Shown here: positions 54,101 to 64,000 of the stretch, piece by piece
Layout of the letters: each line of letters starts with the position of its first letter
Position numbering within the stretch: position 1 is the stretch's first letter
Origin: Pelomyxa schiedti
Lineage: Eukaryota; Protista; Evosea
NCBI GenBank assembly: GCA_020536535.1
Contig: JAHLWZ010000672.1
Coordinates: forward strand, 82,758-146,757
DNA length: 64,000 nt
Direction: 5' to 3'
Translations under genes and position numbers: made by a program
Notes under the pieces: model-generated
What the model saw: only the letters and a program-made list of their open reading frames with translations
The model's database searches: none
What the model was told of the DNA's origin: nothing

Positions 54101-54505
54101 ACCACTCGCAGACGGCTGGAACGACGACGACGACATCGACACGCCGTGCGTCGTAGTAGCAGTCGCACCCCCTCCGTAGCCACCCAGTGTGGTCCCCGTA
54201 TTACCAACGGCGGGCTGATGCTGCTGCTGCTGCTGCTGCTGCATCATCATCATCGGGTAAGTCGTCGTGGGAGTGGGAGTCGGACTGGGCGTGGGCGTGG
54301 GCGTGGGGGTAGGCGGGGCGGGAGGCAAGGGGGCCTGGGGCGGTGCGGCGTAGCAGAAGGACCCCTTGGCGTAGCACTCGGCGTGGGCGTAGCCGAAGCA
54401 CATGACGCACTGGATGGCCGACCCGCCGTTGCCAAACACCGGGTACCCGCACTCGACGCACGTGTTGGTCGTGCTCGGCACGCACCCAACATACGAGTGT
54501 GGCAT
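51113..54505 (-). CDS. Rho GEF (DH domain) with N-terminal C1, long Q/P/S-rich linker, second C1 and C-terminal SH3
   Basis: C1: MPH-x12-CVEC...CVMCFGYAHAEC. DH: RRNVVKELLSTEKTFVANL and DSLLITIIQRLPRYEL. C1: HNWQKRFFVGPYWCSVC...CKNCEAIVHNKC. SH3: ARYDCVAENKGDLAFHTGDVIEIL...GLFPENYV. Confidence 0.88.
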
Positions 54506-54765
54506 CACAACAACGAACAAAGGGAAAAAGAAAAAAAAAAAAAACCTGATCAGGGTCCGGGGTTGTTGTTTTGTTTTCTTTATTCTTTCGGCTCCTGCTT
54601 TTGGTGCTTGTTGTTGCTCTCTTCTAAAGAAAAGTCGAAGACTTCTCGGCTTTTTTGAACAGTATGACCTTCGGGAAGAAGATGTTAGCCCCTGGTTGTG
54701 TGGGGGGGGGGATGAGCAGACTTACAATTACATGTTTGGGTTGTTGCTGTCTGTGCCTCTTACAC

Positions 54766-56179
54766 TCACTCTCGGGGAACGTGCCCCGTGAGGCCAAGTG
54801 CATCACACAGAGCATCGCACTGGTGTGCTGAAAACCACTCCAAGAATTCTTGTGGTCCTCTTTTCCCATGCGGTAACTGGTTCCACACTAGGCTTGACTT
54901 GAGGTAGACATACGGGTCACTTAGCTTGAGATCGGTCTCGGTTTCAATTCCTTGTATGTCGCATATAAGTAGCTGTTCTTTGGAGTTCACATAGGTAAAA
55001 TGGCTGAAGGCCTAAAGGTTTGTGGTTGGACTTGCTAACCGTGTAATCTACATACCTGGGCAGTGGGACAAGGTTTGACTTTTTCTACAAAATTGCCATT
55101 ATTATTCCACTTCACCCATTGCTGTGGATTTAGAAATGGTTCTCCCAGAGCAATCACATCACTTCCCAAATCTAGTAGTAGTAACTCAGAATAAGACACT
55201 TGTTTAGCAACGAGATTCTTATGTTTCTAAAAGATCGTAAGAAGAGAGGAGAAGGGGGTGGAAATACCATCAAAGCTTTCTTGTAGCGTCTAGCATACCT
55301 GATGGCAAAGCTTTGTGAAATGATGTCTTTTTCGAAAGCGGCCCTAGCGTCATCTCCCACGCTGAATCCTTGTTTGCTTACTTGCAGGGAATCCAGCATA
55401 ACACCATCCACACTCCCTCTGGCCGGTGGTCCTGAGTCTCGCGAAATAGGAAATTTCACAACACATTGAGTCCTCACATCGCCGTCAATAACTGCAGGGA
55501 ACACTGTTTTGAACTGTCCCTTTCCAACACATGCATTGAATCGGATGTAAATGTCAATGAGACTGGGAGGCTCTTCTATGTATCGCAGGGTATTTGTTTT
55601 GAAGTTGCACTCATATTGGAGTTTTCTTGCTCTCACAAGTGGCCAATTCTTGAAGAGGTCCCAATTCACCACCTTATTTTCTGGGGATTCAACAGCAGAT
55701 ACCATACAGTCTTTAAGCTTTTTAAAAGTTAGTATATATATCTAATTTTAAAGAGTTACCACCCACCTGAGAAGATGAAATCGGTGTAGAGTCTGGTTGT
55801 AGTTGCTATTGTATTGTTAGAGTTGTCCCAGGAAAGTAGTTACCGCACCAGCGTCAAAATTTCCTGGCATTGCTCAAGCAGTTGTTTCTTCTTCTCAATT
55901 GCAGCAATCTACACCTACTAAGTTTGTTGTGCACTGTGATGGATAAAGCACACTCCAGCCACAACATGCAATGTGGTTTCAAACAAAAAAAAAAAAAAAA
56001 AAAAGGAAAGTACCTGCCTTTCTAGCTATCTCCCTCTCTTGCTCCAATTTCCACTGCGCCAAACACGACAGCTGGAACTGCAGTTGCTCGTCCGAAAACA
56101 CCGGCGCCGTAGTAGTACTACTCACTCCCGTTGTAGATGTCGTTGCCGTTGTCGTGGTCGCCGTAGTAGTCGTGGCCAT
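54766..56179 (-). CDS. Alpha-type protein kinase (eEF2K/MHCK family)
   Basis: VGKGQFKTVF, CVVKFP, KWVKWNNNG, PQAFSHFTY...LLICDIQG...LSDP and C-terminal zinc motif HQCDALCDALGL. Confidence 0.9.
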
Positions 56180-56362
56180 CGTGACCCCTCCCAATGTTCG
56201 TTTGTTTGCAAAACAACGACTTTGTTTCTTGGAAGGGTGAAAAAAAAACAGATCTGAGGTGCACTGAGAGTGCCCACTTTTTTTTATTCGATTTATTCTT
56301 ACCTACACAGTGACTGTTGTGGTAACGTCCATGTTTGTTGTATTGGTAGTACCACCAACTAG

Positions 56363-58885
56363 TTAGTCGCTTGGAGGACTCTGTGATGCTTCCTCTTCCT
56401 CCCTAATCAATGAATCAACTTGGGCCAGTATTTCGTCATCCTCCTGGTCTTCAGTGTCGTCACTGTTGTGGAATACTCCCGAATCAGAATCAGAACCTCC
56501 CCACACAATGCGGCTGATTCCACCAAATGCTTGGTTCATCCTGGCCATAAGCCGGTTGCTTTCCTGCAGTTGCTGGTTGACTGACGCCTGAGTGGTAGCA
56601 AGGTCCGCGTCCACGTTGTGTGCTTGGTGGAGCAACTGCGGAAGTGAAAACTTGTGGCTGGCACTGTTTGCTTGTGCCAGGATGTCCGCGTCCTTGGCTA
56701 GGTCACTTTCCATTGAGGAGGACGAGGACAAGGAATCTGTCATGCTGTTGCTGTTGTTGCTGTTGTTGCTGTTGCTGGTGTCAAGGTGCTGTTTCTGTTG
56801 TGGTTGAGGTTGTTGACGTGGTGCAGGTTGAGGAGGTTGCTGTTGTGGTGGTGGTTGTTGGCTGGGTTGTTTTGTTGTGGTTTGTTGTGGAAGTGGAGGT
56901 GATTGTGCAGGTCTATTTTGGGGAATATTTTCGGGCGACATCCTTGGCCCCGGCGGGTGCTGTGGCTGTGGTTGTGGCTGTGGTTTTGGTTGTGACTGCG
57001 GGTGCGAGTGCGGCTGCTGGAGTTGTGGTTGTGGTTGCAGTTGCGGTTGCAACTGGGGTTTTGGTGGTGGTTGGTGTTGCGGTCTTGGAGGTGGAGGTTG
57101 TGATGGCTTTGAATGATGATGTGGCATTTCAGACCGACTTGGTGTTTGCTGGGTTGATGATGATTGGGATTGTGGCTGTTTCGGTTGCGGTTGTGGTTGT
57201 GGTTGTGGTTCTGGTGGATGTAAAGCGAGAGACTTCAAAGTAGCCTTTATCTCCACGGTCCGTTTGACATATTTTTGTATTTCTTTGGTAATGGTAGCCT
57301 TTCGGTTTATGTATTGTGGGGCTAGGTTGTATAAGAGGAAGGAAAACATCGAGGAGCACACATTGGGCGCACAAAGTGAGAAGTTCTATGGCCGACGAAT
57401 ACAGTGCTTGGGCAGCTTCTAGGTCTTGTTGGGAGTCTAGAACAATGAGAACCCCAAATCAGAGAGAGGGAACCTACCAAGAGCTATGGCCTAACGACAA
57501 AGAAAGGTAAGAGTTTGAATCTTTGTACTTAAATGAAAGCATACAGCTTCTGCTACTTTCAGTGCCCCGAGGAGATCCACTTCTTCCATTTCCTGGGGCA
57601 AGTTAGCGGTATTTTGGTTGCCTGTGACAGCTGCTGGAGCCTCTGGTGAAGGTTGAAAGGTGGATTTCACGATATCATTTTTTGTGTGGTGTGTTGGTTC
57701 TTGAGTTGTAACAGGTAATTTTCCATTTTGAGGAGTCGAAGGATTTGAGGTGTTAGGTTGGAGATTGGATAGGCTGAGGGGATTAGCACAAGAATCCTTG
57801 TTGGAAGATGTAGGGAGTGGCAGAGGCCTGGGGTTATTTCCAGAAAATGTGGTGTTTGCACTCGCTTGAAACGGAATTTGGTGTGCACCTGCATTTACGG
57901 GGGTTATGGCTATGGTACTTTGGGTTGATGAAACTGGTTTTTGTTGTAACCTGCTAAGCGATTGGCTGAGCTGGTCTTGAAGGTTGAGTTCCATGTCAAA
58001 GTTTTTCTCCACCAAGCTGGACTGTGTTGGGTGATCCATGGGTGGGGTTGGCCATAGGTCAGGGTTTGTAGATTGTGAGTGCCTCTCTGCTGGTGGTGTG
58101 GGCCACGGGTCGCTGTTTGAGGAAACTTGTGGTGGAGTTGGCCACGGGTCACTATTTTGGGGTGTCATAGGCCATGTTGCTGCACTGGGAGCACTTGGAG
58201 GAGTAGGCCACGGCGTAGCTTGAGGAGGTGTTGGCCAGGGATTTGCTGAAGTGTTGCGTGATTCAGGAACCGGCCAAAAAGAGCCTGGCTGTGTTGTTGG
58301 TGCAGTTTGCCCCCAAGAATTCAGATGTTGTGAAGGATTGGCAGGAGGGGACAAGTCGTGCTGAAACGTATTGCGAATTTGGCCGGGTGGTGTGGGGAAC
58401 ATTCTCACAACAGGACCATCATCTACTTCCTGCCTCACAGCTGGAGTTCTGCACCAAAATAACACATTATTGAATAAGGAAAAAAAAAGACAAGCACGCA
58501 TGCATGCTTGGTAGTAGAGGCCCGGGGTATAACTGGGGCATTTCTAGATGCAGAAAAAAGAGCCCGTCTTGGAGCTGAGTTCCCAAGGGTCTCGAGTTGC
58601 TCACAACAATAAGCAAGCAGTTTACTGACCTTATCATCAGGTCCCTCTAAAGGTTGTTTAACACAACAGCAACAGCAACAGCAACAGCAACAACAACAAC
58701 AACAACAACAACAACAGCAGGAAAATAAAAAAGAAACCAAAAAAAAACCCACGAAAAAGCATACGAGTGAGGGACAATTGGAAACAATGAACAGCAGTGA
58801 GGTAGTGCCTCTTCGCCGCGTCGTTGTCCCCTGTGGCCATCGCCGTTCGAGCGAAACCCACCTCCTCCGCCCCTCGCTTCTTCAT
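56363..58885 (-). CDS. Hypothetical protein with MIT/TPR-like helical segments, WPTPP repeats and a Gln/Pro-rich region
   Basis: Exons MKKRGAEEVGFARTAMATGDNDAAKRHYLTAVHCFQ, long ORF 57491-58501, DLEAAQALYSSAIELL...KYVKRTVEIK (MIT-like), and the PQ-rich ORF to the stop at 56363. It could instead be joined to the downstream alpha-kinase. Confidence 0.6.
58664..58720. repeat. (CAA/CAG)n microsatellite in an intron
   Basis: caacagcaacagcaacagcaacagcaacaacaacaacaacaacaacaacaacagcag. The poly-Cys and poly-Leu ORF-track reads are artefacts of this repeat. Confidence 0.9.
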
Positions 58886-58912
58886 CTTGCCAGAGGTGTC
58901 GGTTTTACCAGA

Positions 58913-58941
58913 ATTGATTGGGGAGTTGTTCCCCAATCAAT
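58913..58941. promoter_or_regulatory. 12-bp inverted repeat carrying opposed CCAAT boxes in a 160-bp divergent promoter
   Basis: attgattgggga-gttgt-tccccaatcaat lies between ATG 58885(-) and ATG 59046(+). Confidence 0.55.
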
Positions 58942-59045
58942 CCCTTCTGTGACACTCCGGCGTGATTAGCTTTTCTATCCAAAATTCAGGTCCTACACCT
59001 TCTCAGAACCTTTCCGCTAGCAGATTGTTAATTTCGTTAATCGGA

Positions 59046-60598
59046 ATGTCCAAGGTTACAAGCACGACACGCAGTAGCAAGGTGTTGACGCCCTCGAAAT
59101 TGGAATGTCTCTCTCATTGTGCGACAATCAATCCGTCGGCGGGTTGCGCACATCGATGCATCTACTGCTACGCCGCAGCTTGTTCTTATCTCTCTTTGCT
59201 TTTTCTTTTTCTTTTCCCTTTTTCCTTTTTTTTTTTGTTTTGCTTTTGTGGTTTTTTTTTTTTTCCCCTCCTTTTTGGTGTTCGGGCAATAACACAAACG
59301 AAGGGGTTCTTTAACACACCAAGGGAACCAGGGGCTGTGAAAGTTTACTCCAATTTGGCTGAAAAGGTGGCCCAGGAACTGCGAGGAGGAGTTAATTTAC
59401 CCCCTCGGGTTTATTTCTCCCCCTCGTGTGATGGATTCCAACCTGTAACAGAAGGTTTTCAGTCTAATTCCTTTTTTTTTTTCAAGTTTCAAGCTAACTT
59501 CTTGTCGCAGTGCAAGACATTACGTTCAAAATAATTAAGGAAATTCTGACGCATGGTAAGGAGGTGGCTTTCTTAACCAAAGGCCTTATCCGTGATGACA
59601 CCCTGAAATTGTTGGTGGCACACCCAACCAAAGTTTTTGCACAAATAGGCATAGTTCCTTTTCTCCCAAAACAATTAACACCCTTAAACTCCATAGGACT
59701 TGTGTCTCTTGATGCCGCGGTTGCATCTGTTGTAGAACCTGGCGCAGCGCCTCCCCAAGATAGATTGGCACAAATGCGCGCTTTGGTCGCGTCCAACATA
59801 AGTACCAGTGTTCGCCTGGATCCAATTCTCCCGGGTGTGAGTGACAGCCCAGAGGCACTTAACAGCCTGTTTGAAAGCATTGCCTCGGCTGGTGTGAAGC
59901 GCGCAGCTTGCAGTTACCTATTCCTACGCCCAAAGATCAAGTCTATGATGCAAAGCAATCCTTCACCTATAGTCAAGACCATCCTGGGGCATTACTCTTC
60001 CTCAGGTGCAACAACAACTCTAACGTTGCGTGGCAGTCAATCAAAGATCTGCTGCCTTTCTCACGAGTACAGGGAGTCTCATTACGAACTAATTAAACAG
60101 ATTGCCCAGTCGCATGGGGTGGAAGTCACTATCTGTGCATGTAAAAATTATGATATCGAAGGCTCTTCATCTTGTGGCATTGCCGGTCCTACTCCCGCTA
60201 CTTCAAAAACCACTTCCTGCAAAAAGACCTGTGCTGCCAGGCAAACCACACTCAAACTGGCAAAACCTAAACCCAGCAGTGAATCAGATAGTGAATCAGA
60301 CATAAGTAGTGAGTCTGATGACTCTGGTTCTGACTCCGATTCCAAGAGCGAGGAGGATGAAAGTAGCAGTTCCAGTGAAGAGGAAAAGCCACTTCCAAGG
60401 CACAGGAAGGCCTCAAGCCCTGCAGTTGTGCCCAAGTCCAAACCCAGCACCAAGAAACCTAGAACTGAACCAGAAATTGAGGACTTGGTCAAAACACCAA
60501 CAAAACCCAAAAGTACCAGCACAACCACAAGTGCTTCAACAACCACAACAAGAACAAGTGCCAAGTCCGCTCAAACAGTGGTGAGCAAGAAATCTTAG
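59046..60598 (+). CDS. Radical SAM protein, COG1533/spore photoproduct lyase-like family, with acidic/basic low-complexity C-tail
   Basis: TINPSAGCAHRCIYCY (CxxxCxxC, 59145-59168), VYFSPSCDGFQPV, VAFLTKG, VEPGAAPPQDRL, VRLDPILPGVSD, YLFLRP and ICACKN. Contains GT-AG introns. Confidence 0.9.
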
Positions 60599-60648
60599 AA
60601 AAATTCTACTTTTTATCTTGCCCCTTGTGGCGTTTGGTTTTTTTTTTG

Positions 60649-61868
60649 TCAGAGAACCTGTTGGATTTGGAGCCTAAGGCCAATTGGGTCATGGAGCTGC
60701 ATTCTGCTAGATAAAAATTTCTCTGCACTGCTTTGTTTGACAGATAGCTCGTAGGTGTTGGAGCTGCCCACAATAACAAACAACGTAGCTTCAGGGGCCT
60801 CGTCATATGTGCGGTATTGAACGAGTGGCATTTCTGGTGTTTCTTCACGAAGCTCAAGTCGCAGTATCAATTTTACTCCTGAAGCGGGTGCCGAGGTAAT
60901 GTTGGTGATGATATTTCCAAACCGGTCAATGTGGACAATGTGTCCTGAAGGAAAAGAGAGGAATAGGGAGTTGGATTCATGTCTGGAGACAAAGGTAATA
61001 ATACCTGCCTGCACAGGGTGGAACAACAGAAGGAGCTATTGGTGCTGGAAGGATGGCACTTGCAGAGAGTTCTTCGCCGGGTGGAAGTATATGCAACTTG
61101 GCAATGTACGCCGCAGCTGGAGCAAATACATCACGGCCGTGGAAAGTACTGGACCGAGCTTCCTGTCAGATAATAAAAACACAGCAAGTTAATGCCAAAC
61201 AGAGTGAAATGGTGCTTGAAGCGAGGTTGAAGAGTGCTGGTAATACTAATTATTAAATGAGAAAAGTTCTGAGACTCCATGCCGTTGTAGGCAAGTTCAC
61301 AGCCCGAACAAACCCATCCTCCAGAACAGCCAAAGTGAGGAGGCCATTGTTTGGTCCCACAAAAAAAAACCGAGAAGTCTGGATGGCCAGCGCTTGCCTG
61401 TTGGTCCCCACACCCGGATCCACAACACACATGAAAACAGTCTAGAAGAATGGTTGAGAAAAGGGAGAGAAAAAAAAAAACAACAACAGCAACAAATACC
61501 TTGTCAGGGAAAAATGAGTAGGAGTTCTTCAGAACCCAGCAACCTTGAGTCACACACTGAGGCATAATGGAGTGACACAAGTCCAACACCACAGGTTGTT
61601 GTTGTTGTCGTTGTTGTGCCACACCGTCCACAATCCCGTTGCTCTCCGGTCTCCCAATTGTGTCCCTCCCTGTCCACACACGCACACAGTCACGTCAATA
61701 AATGAGAACCAAGGTGCAGGAGAAGAACACAGGCTCAAAGCGGCGGGACGCACTCTCGACGACATCGACGGAAAGCATCGACCACGATCTGTGTATCACG
61801 CCCTTCACGATGCCAACGTACTCACTGTCGCCTCCAAAGTCCGTCAGCGTCGCCACCACGCCTTCCAT
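60649..61868 (-). CDS. SAM hydroxide adenosyltransferase / SAM-dependent chlorinase-fluorinase superfamily (DUF62)
   Basis: MEGVVATLTDFG, VLDLCHSI, FFPDK|TVFMCVVDPGVGTNR, FFVGPNNGLL, STFHGRDVFAPAAA, GHIVHIDRFGNIITN and IVGSSNTYELSV. Confidence 0.93.
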
Positions 61869-62835
61869 CAATCTACAATCTACAGTCTAAACAGTAAGAT
61901 CTCGTAGTTACAAACAAACGTAGTTCTTTTATTTCTATTACTTGTTGTTGGTTGGGTTCGTTTGAAAGGGATTTGATGAAAGAGGTAGAGGTACTGCTGG
62001 GAATGTGCCGCTTGTTGTGTTGATTAGATGAGAGAACCTACCTGGGTTTTAATTTTGTGCATTAGTAAAAAAAAAGTCCTTATAATGTTTTTGGTAGGAC
62101 AAACAAGGGACAAGACTTCTATTTTCTCTTCACAAGAACTAATTATTTTCATCATATCTGGGGTGGAATTAGTTATCAGAGTGGAATACATACAGGAGAA
62201 CAAAAGAAAACCTGTCACCAGTCAGTGAAACTGTGATTCTACTTATCTCTTCAAAGAGCAGGCTGGAAAAGGAAGAGAAACGGGATGGCTCCAATATCTA
62301 CATAGGCCCAGGCAGCATTCCAATGGCTGCATAACTGCGATCGAAATCGAAGCGCCGTAAGGACTTCCGGAATTTTTTGGGAGCCTCCATTCCTTCGTTG
62401 TGGTATAATTTCCACATAGAAGTGCATAATAAGTACCAGAGGCGCCTTCGCCATTCCCCTCCTGTTGCAACTAGTTCAAACCGGAGTTCCAGGCCCACAC
62501 GTTTCAAGGAATCTCTGTGTCACAATGTGAAGATGTTGTTCATCCTGTTACATTGTCGCCTCTACATTCGCAGAATAAGCGGAAAGCGCTTCACACTTGA
62601 GAACAACAGTGTGAAGAGTCTGGAAACCCCATTAACTTCAAGAAGCGGACAAAGTCCTACAACAAAGTCTGGGTGTGGGAGAGGGTTGTTGGTAAATTAG
62701 AATTTTATCTGATAGTGTTCATACGCAGTTGGTTTTTTCCTGACGGCGAGACAATTAATTGCCCGTGATTCGGCAAAAAGCAATTTAATTCCTTGCGGGT
62801 GTTGCGCAACAAGATCTTTTTTCTTGCGACCGGAG

Positions 62836-63359
62836 ATGAAGGCTAGGTGTCGTTTTTCATCCGTTCTTGTAAAGCGAACGTACCAAACAACAACGCGTTA
62901 ATCGTTTGTTATTAGGCTCCACGTTGATGGCGTTTTCATGGGTTACCGAAGGTATTTTCTCTTGAAAAACCAGTTTTTGAGTCGTTTTTAAAGTTTGATG
63001 CAGGGGTCACCACACTCAACACACGAACCAACATCTCATTAAAATCGAGAATGTGAATTGTCGATCTGACACACGATTCTACATGGGCAAACGCATTGCC
63101 TATGTTTACAAAGCAAAAAAACCAATCAATGGCTCAACAAAGCGGTACCTGCCCACCCCGTAAACCAAGCCTTTATGTTATTATTAAATAACATGAAGTA
63201 TTCAATATAACCATAACACAAATAAACAGAGTCATTTGGGGCAAGGTGACCCGCCACCACGGAGGCAACGGTGTTGTGCGCGCCAAGTTCAGACACAACC
63301 TGCCACCCTGCGCCATGGGCAAAAGGGTCAGAGTCATGCTTTATCCCTCCAGCATATAA
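62836..63359 (+). CDS. RPL35A: 60S ribosomal protein L35a (eL33), 4 exons
   Basis: MKAR|[12 protein letters not shown]|GHHTQ...[14 protein letters not shown]...KR|[26 protein letters not shown]...[11 protein letters not shown]. Confidence 0.96.
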
Positions 63360-63662
63360 TGCCGTTGTGTTTTACCTGTTTAGCAACACATAACCCAAAT
63401 ACCCAAACACCCAGTCTTTCTTCTCCTTCTACCCACGTGTGGCAAAAGAAATCAAAAAAGTTTTGTTACATGAAACGTGCGAATTTGACATTTTATTTGC
63501 TGTACCCTCGAGGGAGACGGTACCGGCACACAGTATTGGCATACTAGATCAGAGGAAAAGTGGTTGACACCTCTCGATGGGAGCGAGGCAGGCAGGGCAT
63601 TTCAAGATGATTGAGCACATTTCGCACTGAGTGCGGCCGCAGGGGTGGACACATATCTGGAT

Positions 63663-63828
63663 CAGTGGGCGGTGATTTTTTTCCCTACAAAAAGTGCATC
63701 ATCACCGCCCAAAATCACCGCCCGGGCGGTGATTTTGGGCGGTGATGATGCACTTTTTGCAGTCAAATCGGATCACCGCCCCGGGCGGTGGCCGAGCACA
63801 TAAGCCAGTCAGTAAAATCACCGCCCTG
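63663..63828. repeat. GC-rich repeat cluster with a perfect 72-bp palindrome and 7 copies of ATCACCGCCC in both orientations
   Basis: 63688-63723 caaaaagtgcatcatcaccgcccaaaatcaccgccc is the exact reverse complement of 63724-63759. Confidence 0.92.
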
Positions 63829-64000
63829 GGTTAACCACAAGAAAAAAACTTTTTTTTATGTTGCTCTTAATCTAACTCGATATTTAACAGTGCTGACAGG
63901 CCAGTTAAAGCCACTATTTGTCGCAATAAGCACTCCCAAGTGTTGTGTGTGTCAGATGAAGAGAGCCTTCCTCGACAACAAGCCTCTTTGAGGCTCTTAT

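Noticed and set aside
56620-57243. Poly-Cys/poly-Val plus-strand ORFs (also at 58435-58936)
   Set aside because: They are antisense or off-frame readings of CAA/CAG repeats.
59046-61868. Bacterial contaminant or endosymbiont insert
   Set aside because: Both genes have GT-AG introns and poly-T tracts like their neighbours and are flanked by host genes such as RPL35A with no compositional break.
62000-62720. Possible small minus-strand gene between the DUF62 gene and RPL35A
   Set aside because: Exon-like pieces exist, but I could not build a consistent stop-free spliced frame or recognise any motif.
63701-63826. ATCACCGCC resembles the phage lambda operator half-site
   Set aside because: The full 17-bp operator symmetry is absent and there are no phage genes in this eukaryotic context; treated as coincidence.
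63663-63828. CRISPR array
   Set aside because: The repeats are 10-mers in mixed orientation without unique spacers, and no cas genes are present.

Overview
A compact, intron-rich eukaryotic genomic window. Introns are short (about 40-100 nt), mostly GT-AG, and intergenic gaps are often under 200 bp. Gene content and style fit a free-living amoebozoan, possibly an anaerobic archamoeba such as Pelomyxa; this is inference only. About 27 protein-coding genes were reconstructed by eye, and CDS coordinates are outer bounds of multi-exon genes. Core eukaryotic genes: RhoGAP, ATAD2/Yta7, RPB6, a RING E3, ELP1, ProRS, a USP47-like DUB, RBBP6/Mpe1, DCAF10, RasGEF, C2-RasGAP, a C1-DH-C1-SH3 RhoGEF, an alpha-kinase and RPL35A. 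Interleaved are several intron-containing enzymes of prokaryotic type: an R-amidase-like nitrilase, a secreted clan GH-A hydrolase, a PatA-like putrescine aminotransferase, a sulfotransferase, and a tail-to-tail pair of SAM-consuming enzymes (COG1533/SPL-like radical SAM and DUF62 SAM hydrolase) whose stop codons are 50 bp apart. A single-pass receptor appears to carry circularly permuted solute-binding domains. Non-coding oddities: a concentric 162-bp foldback, a perfect 72-bp palindrome within an ATCACCGCCC repeat cluster, a tRNA-Phe-like 5' half inside an intron, and an inverted-CCAAT hairpin in a bidirectional promoter. No rRNA, complete tRNA, CRISPR array or transposase was seen.
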